Source of the DNA: Eledone cirrhosa
Lineage: Eukaryota
Length of the DNA stretch: 64,000 nucleotides
Direction of reading: 5' to 3'
Assembly (NCBI GenBank): GCA_964016885.1
Contig: OZ024743.1
Location: 286,378,001 to 286,442,000, forward strand
The first letter of the stretch is position 1, and the number at the start of each line of letters is the position of its first letter. The notes under the pieces are model-generated. The model saw only the letters and a list, made by a program, of their open reading frames with translations. It ran no database searches and had not been told where the DNA came from. The translations under genes and the position numbers were made by a program. Positions 25,570 to 37,257 of the stretch are shown piece after piece.

Positions 25570-26020
25570 ATTATAATGCTCGGTGTGTTTGTAAACAAAC
25601 ATCGCGAATTAAGCCGTACAGTGTCTAGCAACCATCGTTGTTCATTTGTTCAACACTGACAAAGGAACGCTGTACTAGTTTCAAGCTTATTAGCTATTTA
25701 CAAATACTTTCAGACGTTCAATCATCTGGCAGGAAGGTATACATTGCTGACGATAGCTAATAAGCTTGAAACTAGTACAGCGTTCCTTTGTCAGTGCTGA
25801 ACAAATGAGCAACGATGGTTGCTAGACACTGTACGGCTTAATTCGGGATGTTTGTTTACAAACACACCGAGCATTATAATAAATGTTCGGTGAATCCATA
25901 CGTACATATAGATATATGTGTGCATGTGTGTATATATATATACATACTACTGTACGCCTGTATACATATATGTATGTACGTATACATACTTATATTTAAG
26001 TAACAGCCGTACTAAGAGTG
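25570..26020 (+). mobile_element. Second locus of the 425-bp hammerhead repeat family, with 5' inversion
   Basis: About 25705-26020 aligns to about 20930-21225. About 25570-25697 is an inverted partial copy of about 25754-25880. Confidence 0.8.
25741..25783 (+). ncRNA. Type I hammerhead ribozyme (GUA triplet)
   Basis: ACATTG CTGACGA t AGC taataa GCT t GAAAC ta GTA CAGCGT. Confidence 0.75.
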
Positions 26021-27105
26021 GGAAATAATATACACTAAAGAACATGCATTTCATACTATTTTTGTTTCTTAATCATCATCATTCATCATCATAATCAGCA
26101 ACGCCAACTGCTACTGCACAGTAAGAGCCGTTGTATTATATATATAATGAATATGTGTAATTATTATCAGAGATTACGTTCAGTAAACTCGGCAGATGTT
26201 GCCATAGCAACAGATTCCCCCCAGGCAACCAAACTTACATGAAAGAAACAGCTTGACGTATTTTGTTTTTCTTGTTTTGCTTTATTTCACATCCTGTACC
26301 TCGTTCATACTCTCATCCTACTTAAAACAAAATAAACTTTCCTAGTAAATTACGTCCTCCTTCCCCTATTTCTTTTTTTCGACATAGCTTTTTTCATGGC
26401 TCATTTCCACACTTCAAAGAATTTGCAGATTGATCCTGCTCATCTCAGTTCCGTTTATGAAGTGCCCGTTGTTCTCCCTTTCTCTGTCTCTCGTTCTTTT
26501 TTACTTCATATTCTCAACTCTCTTCTCTCTATCTGTCCATGTGTGTGTCATGTTGTCGCTGTCTGGCTAAATATATAAGAAATGTGGTCGAGGAAAATGC
26601 CTCTTTACAATAAGTACATATAGAGTTAAGTCTCACTTATGTAATATGGGGGTTTATTAACAACTGGGATTATCCATACAATTAGTAGACAAAAACTCCC
26701 TCAATGGGTGTTCAAAATCTAAAAAGGAAACTAAAAAGTTAATTAATATAATCTTTGAAAAGTATAGATAATGAAGCCTATGAGTGGATATAGTCCCCGG
26801 ACTTGTATCAGAGTTATTAGACCTCAGGTCCTGTCCTGAGAGCGTTTGAAGACGGAAAAGTAGAGAGAAATGGGTAGCCAGGGGTTAAGGGAAATAGAGT
26901 AAGGAGAATTGTTAGATGAAGATGTTGGAAGAAAAAGGGGAGAGAGAAAGGCACACACACACACACGCATACACATACAGACACACACACACATACATTC
27001 ACACACATACACACACATACAGACACACACACAAAGGAGGAAAAAGATGACGTGATATCAAATTGAAAAGAAAGAATTCTGTCTGGTCTTAGATACGAGG
27101 TAATA

Positions 27106-27514
27106 CGAGGGTAATCCCAAAAGTAAGGTCTCCAAAGCGATGGGAACACAGAGAAACTGTTTGTACGGCTGCTGGCAACACTGTTGTGATTGGTGTTTCC
27201 TTCACTCCCAAAGAAGCATGTGCGCGCTTCGCTGGGATGCTCAATCTTGGCTTGGCAGCCGTTGAGAATGGAGCTCCCGTTGAACGCTACCGCCAAGTCT
27301 GAATTTCGCGCAGCTATTATATACGAGGGCAAACCCAAAAGTAAGGTCTCCTTCCGAGGAAAACATGCGTAAAGATCGGCAGATCACTCTGGATGCTCTC
27401 TGCATTTTGGTTCCTGAGGTTTCCCGAAGCACCATCCACAGGATTTTAACGGAAAAGTTGCAATATCGTAAGTTGCAATATCGGAAGGAGATCTTACTTT
27501 TGGGATTGCCCTTG
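27106..27514 (+). mobile_element. Mariner remnant with duplicated left TIR
   Basis: TA|cgaggg.aa.cccaaaagtaaggtctcc at 27106 and 27324, with the inverse at 27487-27514|TA. Mariner N-terminal peptides EFRAAI and DRQITLD..VSRSTIHRILTEKLQYRK. Confidence 0.8.
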
Positions 27515-27692
27515 TACATGGAGTTCAAAACAGTAGAGTTTATATTAAAGCATTGCAAAATATGTGGTTAGGATTGTTTTAGGAAATTAAGTTAGAAATA
27601 CATGTATGAAAATTAGAGTAAAGTAAGAAAAACAAAACGATAGTTTACACTTTTACCTTTATATTTCACTCTTTTTCAAAAGGGAGGAAATA

Positions 27693-28190
27693 TCTTTATA
27701 TATATAAACACGAGGATGTGTGTGTGTCTGTGTACAACTTTGCATGCATAAGGCTTTCACAATTACCAACTGAATTTGACCAAATTTTCTGTGCACGTTG
27801 CACAGGTCGCTAAGATTGTCACATCACAAACATTTTTCAAATCGACCCACGTTGAGCAATAAAAAATCGATATCAAAATTATCGGTAGAAAAATTGATGT
27901 AAGGGAGATAACATTATTGACAATCCTTATAAAAAAGGGAGATAACCAACTTTTCAGAACGTCTATTGTCTTTAATCATTTGTATAACTACATCCTGTTC
28001 AGTGTTTTCCTTCATTATCAGCATAGTTTTATGTGTACAAAGATTGCACTAAATATTCGTTTGCATTAATTATTGAAGACTTCTGCTTATTTTGACAGGT
28101 TGGGGACAAATAATGTTCTTCTTTTACCTCCTGGCAATATATTCTTAGCATAATTTCAAACCTCCGAGCAACGCCGGGTAAATCTGCTAG
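27693..28190 (+). mobile_element. Non-autonomous Helitron
   Basis: A|TC..tatatataaa start; ccgagcaacgccggg hairpin plus CTAG|T end. Confidence 0.75.
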
Positions 28191-28531
28191 TAAACTATAA
28201 AGTAAAAGTGTAAATTGTTTTTTTTTTCTTATTTTACTCAAGCTGTCTTTTTTCCATTGTACCGACTTTCCTAAAAACAATTCTAACCATATATTGATTT
28301 ATCACGTTACCGCCCGAATGTGTGAGATTTTGTTTAAATAAATCAGAAATCACCAGTAAAAGTTCATTGTTGTATTTTTAGAGAAATTTAATCTTTCAAT
28401 TGACATAAATATCGAAAATAACACATCTTTCATAGAAACGTCACTTCCATTGATAACCTATCAATGTATACGTCTAATCAAGAAAGTGCCGCACTAGTTG
28501 GCATGATAGATAAATATTTATCACTCCTTAA

Positions 28532-28752
28532 CCCTTTAGTATTTACATTACTCTATATATATTATCGTATTTTCATGGTAAAGTCTTTACCTCACAAAAA
28601 TATCTCACATAATATCGGATCTACGAGATTTTGATGTTATTTATTTTGAGAACAATACCTTAATGTCGGTATGAGCGGCCGGTTATGAACAGTTTGAACA
28701 GAAAGAGGTGAGAGAATTCTGGCCGGATATGGCCAGTTTAAACACTAAAGGG
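28532..28752. mobile_element. piggyBac-type MITE
   Basis: TTAA|ccctttagtattta ... taaacactaaaggg|TTAA. Confidence 0.85.
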
Positions 28753-28939
28753 TTAAACATAGATTCAAGATCCAGTTTAATGAGAGAAATGAGATAACCT
28801 TACACACCATCCTTTATTGGTACGAGGAAAATGAAAATGAATTTATCGCGACTATGATCACTGATTACCACGACTACGACATTAGCTTCGTGTCCACAAT
28901 GTACTAAATACACTTTCATTGCGTGTTCGAAATAATTCT

Positions 28940-29155
28940 TTCTAACATTGGCACAAGGAGAGCGATTTGGGGGGAAAGGGAAAGTCGATTACATCGAACC
29001 CAGTCTTTAAGTGGTACTTAATTTTATCGACTCTAGAAGGTCGAAATGCAAAGTTGACCTCGACTGGATTTGGACTTGGAACGTAGAAATTCGTAACTAA
29101 ATACCGCGAAGCGTTTTGTCCGACCCCCTACCGATTCTGCCACCCCATCGCCCCA
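28940..29155 (-). mobile_element. tRNA-derived SINE (diverged)
   Basis: Reverse complement of the 42195-type SINE. Further diverged copies at about 2030, 32380, 33850, 40980, 42660 and 46540. Confidence 0.7.
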
Positions 29156-30684
29156 CTGCGCGTTAGATATAATAACTAGTAAAATTACGAAATACACTAT
29201 ACAAAACATACTTTAATCAGCTAATTTATAATTAATTATAACAAAGTAAATTACAAAATACACGATACAAAAATATAATTATATTATTTATACATTATAA
29301 TATTAATATCTTATGAAGGAAATGATTTCGAGGAAAAGGTGCCAAATAAACTCCTGCAGATATGTAGCCAAAAAATTATAAGATGTCCCTCACATTGCTC
29401 TATATATACATTTGGCAATTGTCCATGTTCCCTCAATTTTGGGGTGTGGAGGTAGGGGGTGAACGTCAGTATTTGCTGCGTTCGTAGTCATAGTGAATTC
29501 ACTTTCATTTTCCACGCATATTTTCAGTGGCATAAGAGGAAATTGTAATCGAGGATTGAAAACGTGTTGCGAATATATGTATTTATTCTTTTTAACTAAA
29601 ATGATTTTGTATTCTTTAGAGAAGTGAGCTATGACGTTCTGAAGGGTGTTAACACCACAGAGTGAAAGGAATTAGCTTCAACTGACAATTATGACGTTGC
29701 CGTCATCTCGGCATGTACTTTTGCTAGTTAAAACTAAAACATGTCATAACTTAAACTACTAAGAGACATCAAGTCGCAACTAAATAAGATTAAATATGTT
29801 TGTGCCCTTCAGTACTAGTTCAACTATTTGAGCAATAACTGCCTATTTTTTAAGAAATAAAATATTCAGCTAGTTTGATTTTCATATAATCAGTCAATAT
29901 CTAATCCCCAGAGGTAAAACAACAAAAATAACACAACATAAGCCTGAGTGAGATTTGAACTCAGTAGTGGGATATTGTAAATGATTTCATCGTGTCTGTT
30001 CCCACGACATGCCACCTTGATATACATCATCAGAAAGAGCCTTGACTTAGCCAGTTTCCAGTCACAACTGAAGTTTGCCATTCTCGACCGTGGTGCTGGT
30101 TAGCACCCCAACGGAATAACCCTCTTCCTGCTCGAGGGAGGTAAATCTCTAATCCGAGAAGCCACGTTCTCTGCCTCCAACCATATCATTTCGATAACAA
30201 ACCTGGAAGGGGGGGGGGGGGCTTGCTAAATACCGAGTCTTGACCGACCACTTCACTCTTTGTGCAGGGCGTCGTCGGGACATCTGGTGTCCTCGGTCCC
30301 CGAACTGCCGTTTTCCTCTGCAAGATTGGGTGGTGTGCATCCCGCCTGAGAAAGAAGTCCCGTGAGGTACAATGACTGATGCAGCGGGTGTCACTGGTCA
30401 TTCTCCATGGCAATGCCTTAGTCATATTGTCGGTGGGATGCAGCTGAGATATACCACCTAGACTTGGATGTAGAATCTACTTTTCCGTGTCCCTTCCCTT
30501 ACATCACTAATTTTTTATCTCTTCCTTTTTTATAATCCACTTGAAATGTACTATATGTACTTTATATATCGACCATATTCACTGATATATATATATATAT
30601 ATATATAGGGACGACCCTACTACCCTAAGTATTGAGTACTTTGGTGCGTTATGGTCCACCTGGTTCCTTACCACATTTCCTTCG

Positions 30685-30820
<136 letters not shown>

Positions 30821-32705
30821 GGGTGTTAAATAAAGGAGCAAGGGTAGAACGTATGGGCTATTAATATATATCGTTTTGAGAGGTCATACAAGTACTAGAA
30901 ATATTGTTGGTGTTAAACCTATTCGTGGCAGTCTCAGTAAAGTTGTTGGTAGTGTTATTGATGGTAGCGGCAGTGTGATATCTTGAAAGACTTTTCGCAA
31001 ATTTAAGCTTAACACGCTTGTTGCTTACAGTAAAACATCATTTGATCTCACTCTTGTCAAAACAAGAGATGTTTAAGAAAAAAATCTTCACTCAACACCA
31101 GCTGTCACAATATTTCGTCAAAAACACAATGAATGAACGGGTTAAATACGTGAAAATGAATTCTAGTTGAGAAAAACGAAAGTATATGGTCATGACCGAT
31201 CACTTTGACACCGACTGCATTGTTTAAAACTGTTCCAAAAATGTTTGATAAGCTCAGAATATAGTTCTTTCACTTGCTTACTTCTGACAATCTGAATCTC
31301 CCCAGAGGGAGTCTATGTTTTGAAAGCTCGAGAATAGTTTCAGTTGATTAAAAAAAGAATTCCGCCTGTCTCGGCACTCGATTTGTATGTATAAACTTCA
31401 TGCATTTTCGCATTTATGGTTTGTTTATATATATATATGTATGAATGTCTGCGTGAAAAAAAAAGCTATTCCCTTCTTATACAAATACATGCATACATCT
31501 ATACATACATCCATGCATTCATGCATACACAAATACATGCACACATACATGCATACGTACACACACACATATATCTGTAAGTGTGTGTATATATATACTC
31601 TCTCACCTTATCAAAGACAATAGTAAAGTACTACATTATAATCACATTATGTGTGTGTGTGTGTGGAAAATAAAGACAGAGTCGATTCCTGCTGGATTCG
31701 AACTCGAGATTCAGTGGTCTACTACACATATTCTGCTTGATGTCGTTATCCTATCTTCTACATTTCTTTTTCTCTTTTGTTATATTAATGCTTTTTTTCT
31801 TTCTTTTTTTCCTTTCTTTTCTCGGATCGTGTGTTGCCTGACTGCCAGGCCTTATACGGTTTGAATCGTGAGAGCAAATCCCGGCCTGTTATTGCTGTTG
31901 TTGTTAGAACTTTAGCTGTTGTGGCTGTTACTACAGTGTGTGTGTGCGCACGCGAGATCTTAGAAATATGATATTTAAAGTATATATACACACACACCAC
32001 GATACAAGAATATATCTTTTCTCTCTGTCAGTCTGTCAGTCTGCCTTCACCTTTTTTTATTTTATCTCGTCTTCTCTCTCTCCTTCTCTTTCTTTCTTTC
32101 CCCTCCTCTCTCTTTTTCTCTCCTCCTTCTCTTTGTCATTCTTGTCATTTCTTTCTGCACTTTTCCCCATTTTTCTTTCTCTCTCCCCATGACCAATTCT
32201 CCTCCCCCCTTATCGCTATCAAGCTCTTGAAAACTCTGTTCTCATTAACACCAGCGGCTCTATTAAATTTGAAGACACCAAATGTGAAGTGTAATGGCCA
32301 CAACTATGATTCAAAATAAAGTCGCAGTGTGATGGCTGGGAACTTACCTCTATCCTCCACCGTTTACCTCTGACAGAGTTGGTGGAGCATGGGATAAAAT
32401 GCCATCACGGTATTTGTTCTTGCTCTTTACATTCTTAGATCAAATCCCGGCGTGGTCAACTTTGCCTTCCATCCCTCCAGAGTCGATATAATAAAGTACC
32501 ATTTAGGTTCTGGGGTTGATTTAATCAACTTTGGCCTTTCCTTAAAATTTGCTGGCCTTGTGCCTAATTTAGAAATCGATATTAGTAGGAGAAAATGTAT
32601 AGACTTCTCTTTGGTTGTTTGAGCCGAACGAAAACTATAATCGATTAATTATATATTGTAAAGCATTTAGGCGGTTTTCTCTCTGGTGGGATGGGCGGCG
32701 TTTAA

Positions 32706-33401
32706 TCTATATAAACAGAGATGTTTATTGGTTGGTTGGCTGGCTGGTTGGTTGAATCACACGAAAACTACACAAATACATACACACACATCTAAAGAGA
32801 GGGAGACACAGAGGGGGAGACAGAAAGAGAGAGATAGACCGTTATACAGAGAGAGATACAATTAAAATGATAGATATTCAGAAAGAGAGAGAGAGAGAGT
32901 AACGTCCCACGAAAGTCTTATAGATCCTTTGATCTATAGGAAGGTTTAACAATATTACGTTAGCTTTTATAAATTCGTTTTACAATCTTTGATTTTACAG
33001 AAGAAAGAAAAATTGATACTATTTGAAATTAATTTACCCTCCAGCTCTTATCCATATACTACTTACAGACCATACTAACGAAGCTAAACACTTCAGAAGC
33101 AATGTTATGCGATATAATGCTGCGTTTCAGATGACGTCCTTTGGAGCTGAAAAAGATCATACTGACAATGGTTATTTCACATTTAAAATCCAAGGCCAAT
33201 GCTACAATTTAATCGGCAGTTTACTCCCCCAACCTAATAAGGAAGTTTTGATTGTTTTGTTTAAGTCTCCCTCACACCCACTCACACACCCACAGATTAC
33301 GGTCTCACCTCATACCAGACAACACATCCTATACAGTCGTTTTCTCTTTTATCTATCCTCTCCTAACTACTCTCCCGGGCGAAGCCGGGTACCTCAGCTA
33401 T
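32706..33401 (+). mobile_element. Internally deleted Helitron with RepHel N-terminal fragment
   Basis: KHFRSNVMRYNAAFQMTSFG...TFKIQGQCYNLIGSLLP is a conserved Helitron RepHel block. 3' hairpin cccgggcgaagccggg plus CTA(T). Confidence 0.85.
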
Positions 33402-34520
33402 TGATTATATAATAGAAAGAAGAGAAATCCTATGTGTTTGGTGGTGGGAGTCTCTTAGACCTTTGCGAGAAAAGGATGAAGTTATCTTCAAACCTCGTCC
33501 AAATATTTTCCAGGCAGTGGATTCCTAAAAACCAGATGTTTAAAACCCGTTAACAGATCAAGCTTACAACCCACGAATATGAGTCGCCCTCACACTCCCG
33601 AGGGGCATCTGCACAGTTACCAAATTTTATGTACAGGGTTTTCTTTGACTTGTGGCTATGTAAGAAGACACTTGCAGAAGGTGCCACGCAGTAGGATTGA
33701 ACCCTAAACTACGTTCCTGTGAAGAAAACTTCTTCAAGTATACAACCAGCTTCATCGTCCTTATTGTACCACTATTTAGTAATATATTGATTTGTAACGT
33801 TGCCATATTGCCATATATTCTCAGGTAACGGAACAATTGATTAAATTGACCTAAGTATTTTGACTGGTAGGTATTTTATTAACCACGGAAGAATGAAAGG
33901 CAACATTATATCGGCATGATTTGAATTCAGAATGTTAAAAGACGTCTAAAAAGCACAAAACATATTGTTCGGAGTTTAATGGATATATCATTTGCCTTTT
34001 TGAAATATATAAATAATATTCATTTATAAATCAATATTTACATATTTTTGAAATATTAATGACATTTACAGTAAAGTGCAGCGTAACAAAATAAAGATAA
34101 ATCTACATTCTTGTGATATCTATTTATAGTAAAGGAGATTAGGATTGTTGAAAGTTACGCATCTTTTCAGAGCTAGAAATGCTTCGACTAAATGCACACA
34201 TCATTGTGATGGAAATAATTTGAACTTGATACGGTGAGTACTGAGCTAGGTACTGTAAAGCAGCTGAGCTTGCTTCATATTCTTTTATAATTTACTAAAT
34301 TCTCTCTTCTCTGAAGAAGAAACTCAGGTTCCTTTCATAACCATAAATTTGAAAATGTGAAAGCATATTTGTATACACCACTATCATGTGAAAACAACTG
34401 GTAATTTGATACCCCCCTCTCTCTCTCTCTCTTTCTCGCTATGTTGACAAGGTGGTCAGTGGTTTTGCAGCAGCTATCTTTAGTTATCTACCTATGTATC
34501 TATCTTCGGATAATAAAAAC

Positions 34521-34588
<68 letters not shown>

Positions 34589-34626
34589 GTCTGTCTATAT
34601 GTCTGTCTGTTTGCCCCCCCCCCCCC

Positions 34627-34666
<40 letters not shown>

Positions 34667-34732
34667 CTATCTATCTATCTATCTATCAGTTTGTTTGCCT
34701 GCTTGTCAATCTATAGTTATCTATCTATATTA

Positions 34733-34880
34733 TTTCCAGCATAGTTACGTCCCTTTACGATCTGAGTTCAAATCCCGCCGAGGTTGACTTTGCCTTTCAT
34801 CCTTACGGGGTCGATAAAATAAAGTACCAGTAATGCACTGGGTAATTGCTGGCCTTGTGCCTAAAGTAGAAACAATTATA
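34733..34880 (+). mobile_element. Young SINE copy (5'-truncated)
   Basis: Appears identical to 42233-42380. Confidence 0.9.
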
Positions 34881-35236
34881 TTAATAAAGCTGACGGCCGT
34901 ATGTATGTAACAAACTTTTCGCCAAACGGCTGGACCAAACGGCACCAAATTTGCACCATAGATGTAATTTTTTCTAAGAAAGAAAGTGAGGGTATTTTTG
35001 TCTACCAAATTTCGTTAAAAGATTAAAGATATTTTATTGTTTATTTAAATATTCATTTCTTTAAAATTTTCAAATGTCAACACTTCCGGTTAGCAATCAC
35101 TTATACGGCATTCCTCTCTGTTTCTTAGTCTGTCTTTTTAGATAGATACATAGCTATAACGTCGCGCCCTTATAATATGTCTCTGTATGTCTGGCTGTCT
35201 GCATTATGAAAACCATTCTGTACATTGACTTCGCTA

Positions 35237-35271
<35 letters not shown>

Positions 35272-35282
35272 ATATATAGTGT

Positions 35283-35367
<85 letters not shown>

Positions 35368-35589
35368 AATATACACACACGGGTGTGTATAATTGTGTAT
35401 AGAAGATTATATTAATAAAAGGAGTTCCAACTTTGTCTGATTTACTCGTTTTATTTACAATCCTTTAAAATTTATAATGGTATTAGAATGACTTAACATT
35501 TAATATTCTACCATACTATTTTATTCTAATACCATTGTAAATTTTAAAGGATTGTAAATAAAATGAACAAATTAAACTCTCTCTTATTT

Positions 35590-35653
<64 letters not shown>

Positions 35654-35654
35654 T

Positions 35655-35721
<67 letters not shown>

Positions 35722-36580
35722 GTGTGTATATAAAGTGTTCGTATCATAAATAAGAGAGAGTTTAATTTGTACATTTTATTACAGCATTCCTTTATACGTA
35801 TATATACATACATAAACATGTTATTTACACTTGTATAAAAAAAAAGTATATTTATTTCTACTTTTGGCACAAGGCCAGAAATTAAATCAGTGCATTACTG
35901 GTACTTTATTATATATAACATGACATTCCTCTCTCTTTCTTACTCTATCGTTTTAGATAGATACATAGCTATAACGTCGTGCCCTTATAATATCTCTGTC
36001 TGGCTGTCTGTCTGCATTGACTTCGCTTCTAACCAGCTTTTAATTAATTATATATATATAATTATATATTCGTGTATATATTTTCAACAGTAATACTGTA
36101 CTATATATTTTCAACAGTAATACTATACCATATATTTTCAACAGTAATACTATACTATATATTTTCAACAGTAATATTATACTATATATTTTCAACAGTA
36201 ATACTATACTATATATTTTCAACAGTAATACTATACTATATATTTTTAATAGTAATACCGTCCTATATATTTCAACAGTAATACTGTACTATATAGTTTC
36301 AACAGTAATATTATACTATATATTTTCAACAGTAATACTATACTATATATTTTCAACAGTAATACTATACTATATATTTTTAATAGTAATACCGTCCTAT
36401 ATATTTCAACAGTAATACTGTACTATATATTTTCAACAGTAATACTATACTATATATTTTCAACAGTAATACTATACTATATATTTTCAACAGTAATACT
36501 ATACTATATATGTTCAACTATATATTTACACAGACGGCTTATCGTCTGTTTATCCAAGCGAAGCTAGGTACGTCAGCTAT
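34877..36580 (+). mobile_element. Helitron-like element carrying micro- and minisatellites
   Basis: 5' motif tatgtatgt...aaacggctggacc...aaatttg. Degenerate 3' end ccaagcgaagctaggtacgtcagcta. A second Helitron-like end (hairpin plus CTAG) lies at 36624-36651. Confidence 0.55.
36077..36525. repeat. 27-bp minisatellite, about 16 copies
   Basis: Unit tatattttcaacagtaatactatacta. Confidence 0.95.
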
Positions 36581-36784
36581 ATATATATATATATATGCAT
36601 GCCGTAGAACACGCCAATGGTAACCGGGCGCCAGCCGGACGGGCCAGCTAGTTAATGTATATTTACCAACCAGTGAACATGTTTAGTGAGACTGCTCGTG
36701 TTAACGACGCGGAAGCAGGAGAATATCCTTTTGTATTTAAACACCCAATTGACGAAAAGTAACTACCACCCTGTCTTAGTTGTT

Positions 36785-37110
36785 AGTGTGGACGAAACAG
36801 GGCTTTATTGGAAAAATAAATTGTAAAGTAGGACACATATTAACAGGGGGACGCCATCTGCTGGTTTCAGTGTACCGGGAACATTTAAACTCATTCAGAA
36901 ACGCCTCGTATAATGAAGGGCATGAAGACACAGCTTCCTGTGTTTTGGCGCTTTAACAAAAGCGCAAGGGCAACTCAAACAACCCTTGATGTCTCTTGCA
37001 TGACTATGTGTGTTGGTATTGACAACGTTTATGGCGGTGACGTTGACCAGTTGCTGGAGAATTATGATGATTCACTTTCGAAGATAGACTTTATGGAATT
37101 GGCTATACAA
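36785..37110 (+). pseudogene. pogo/Tigger transposase remnant
   Basis: VDETGLYWK...RTHI, PRIMKGMKTQLPVFWRFNKSA and DVDQLLE..DSLS..DFMEL. Confidence 0.7.
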
Positions 37111-37257
37111 TTTAAATATTCAACTCTAGTGTAATACACAGATCCCATCGATTTAGTTTCATTATCGAATATTTTCGTTCTTTAAATATTCAAATATGAA
37201 GACACTCGCTCCTTGAACATATAACTTTAAATGCAGTAAGTCACTCGCTTCTTGATC

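Noticed and set aside
36077-36525. CRISPR-like periodic array
   Set aside because: The 27-bp units are contiguous with no unique spacers, so this is a eukaryotic minisatellite.
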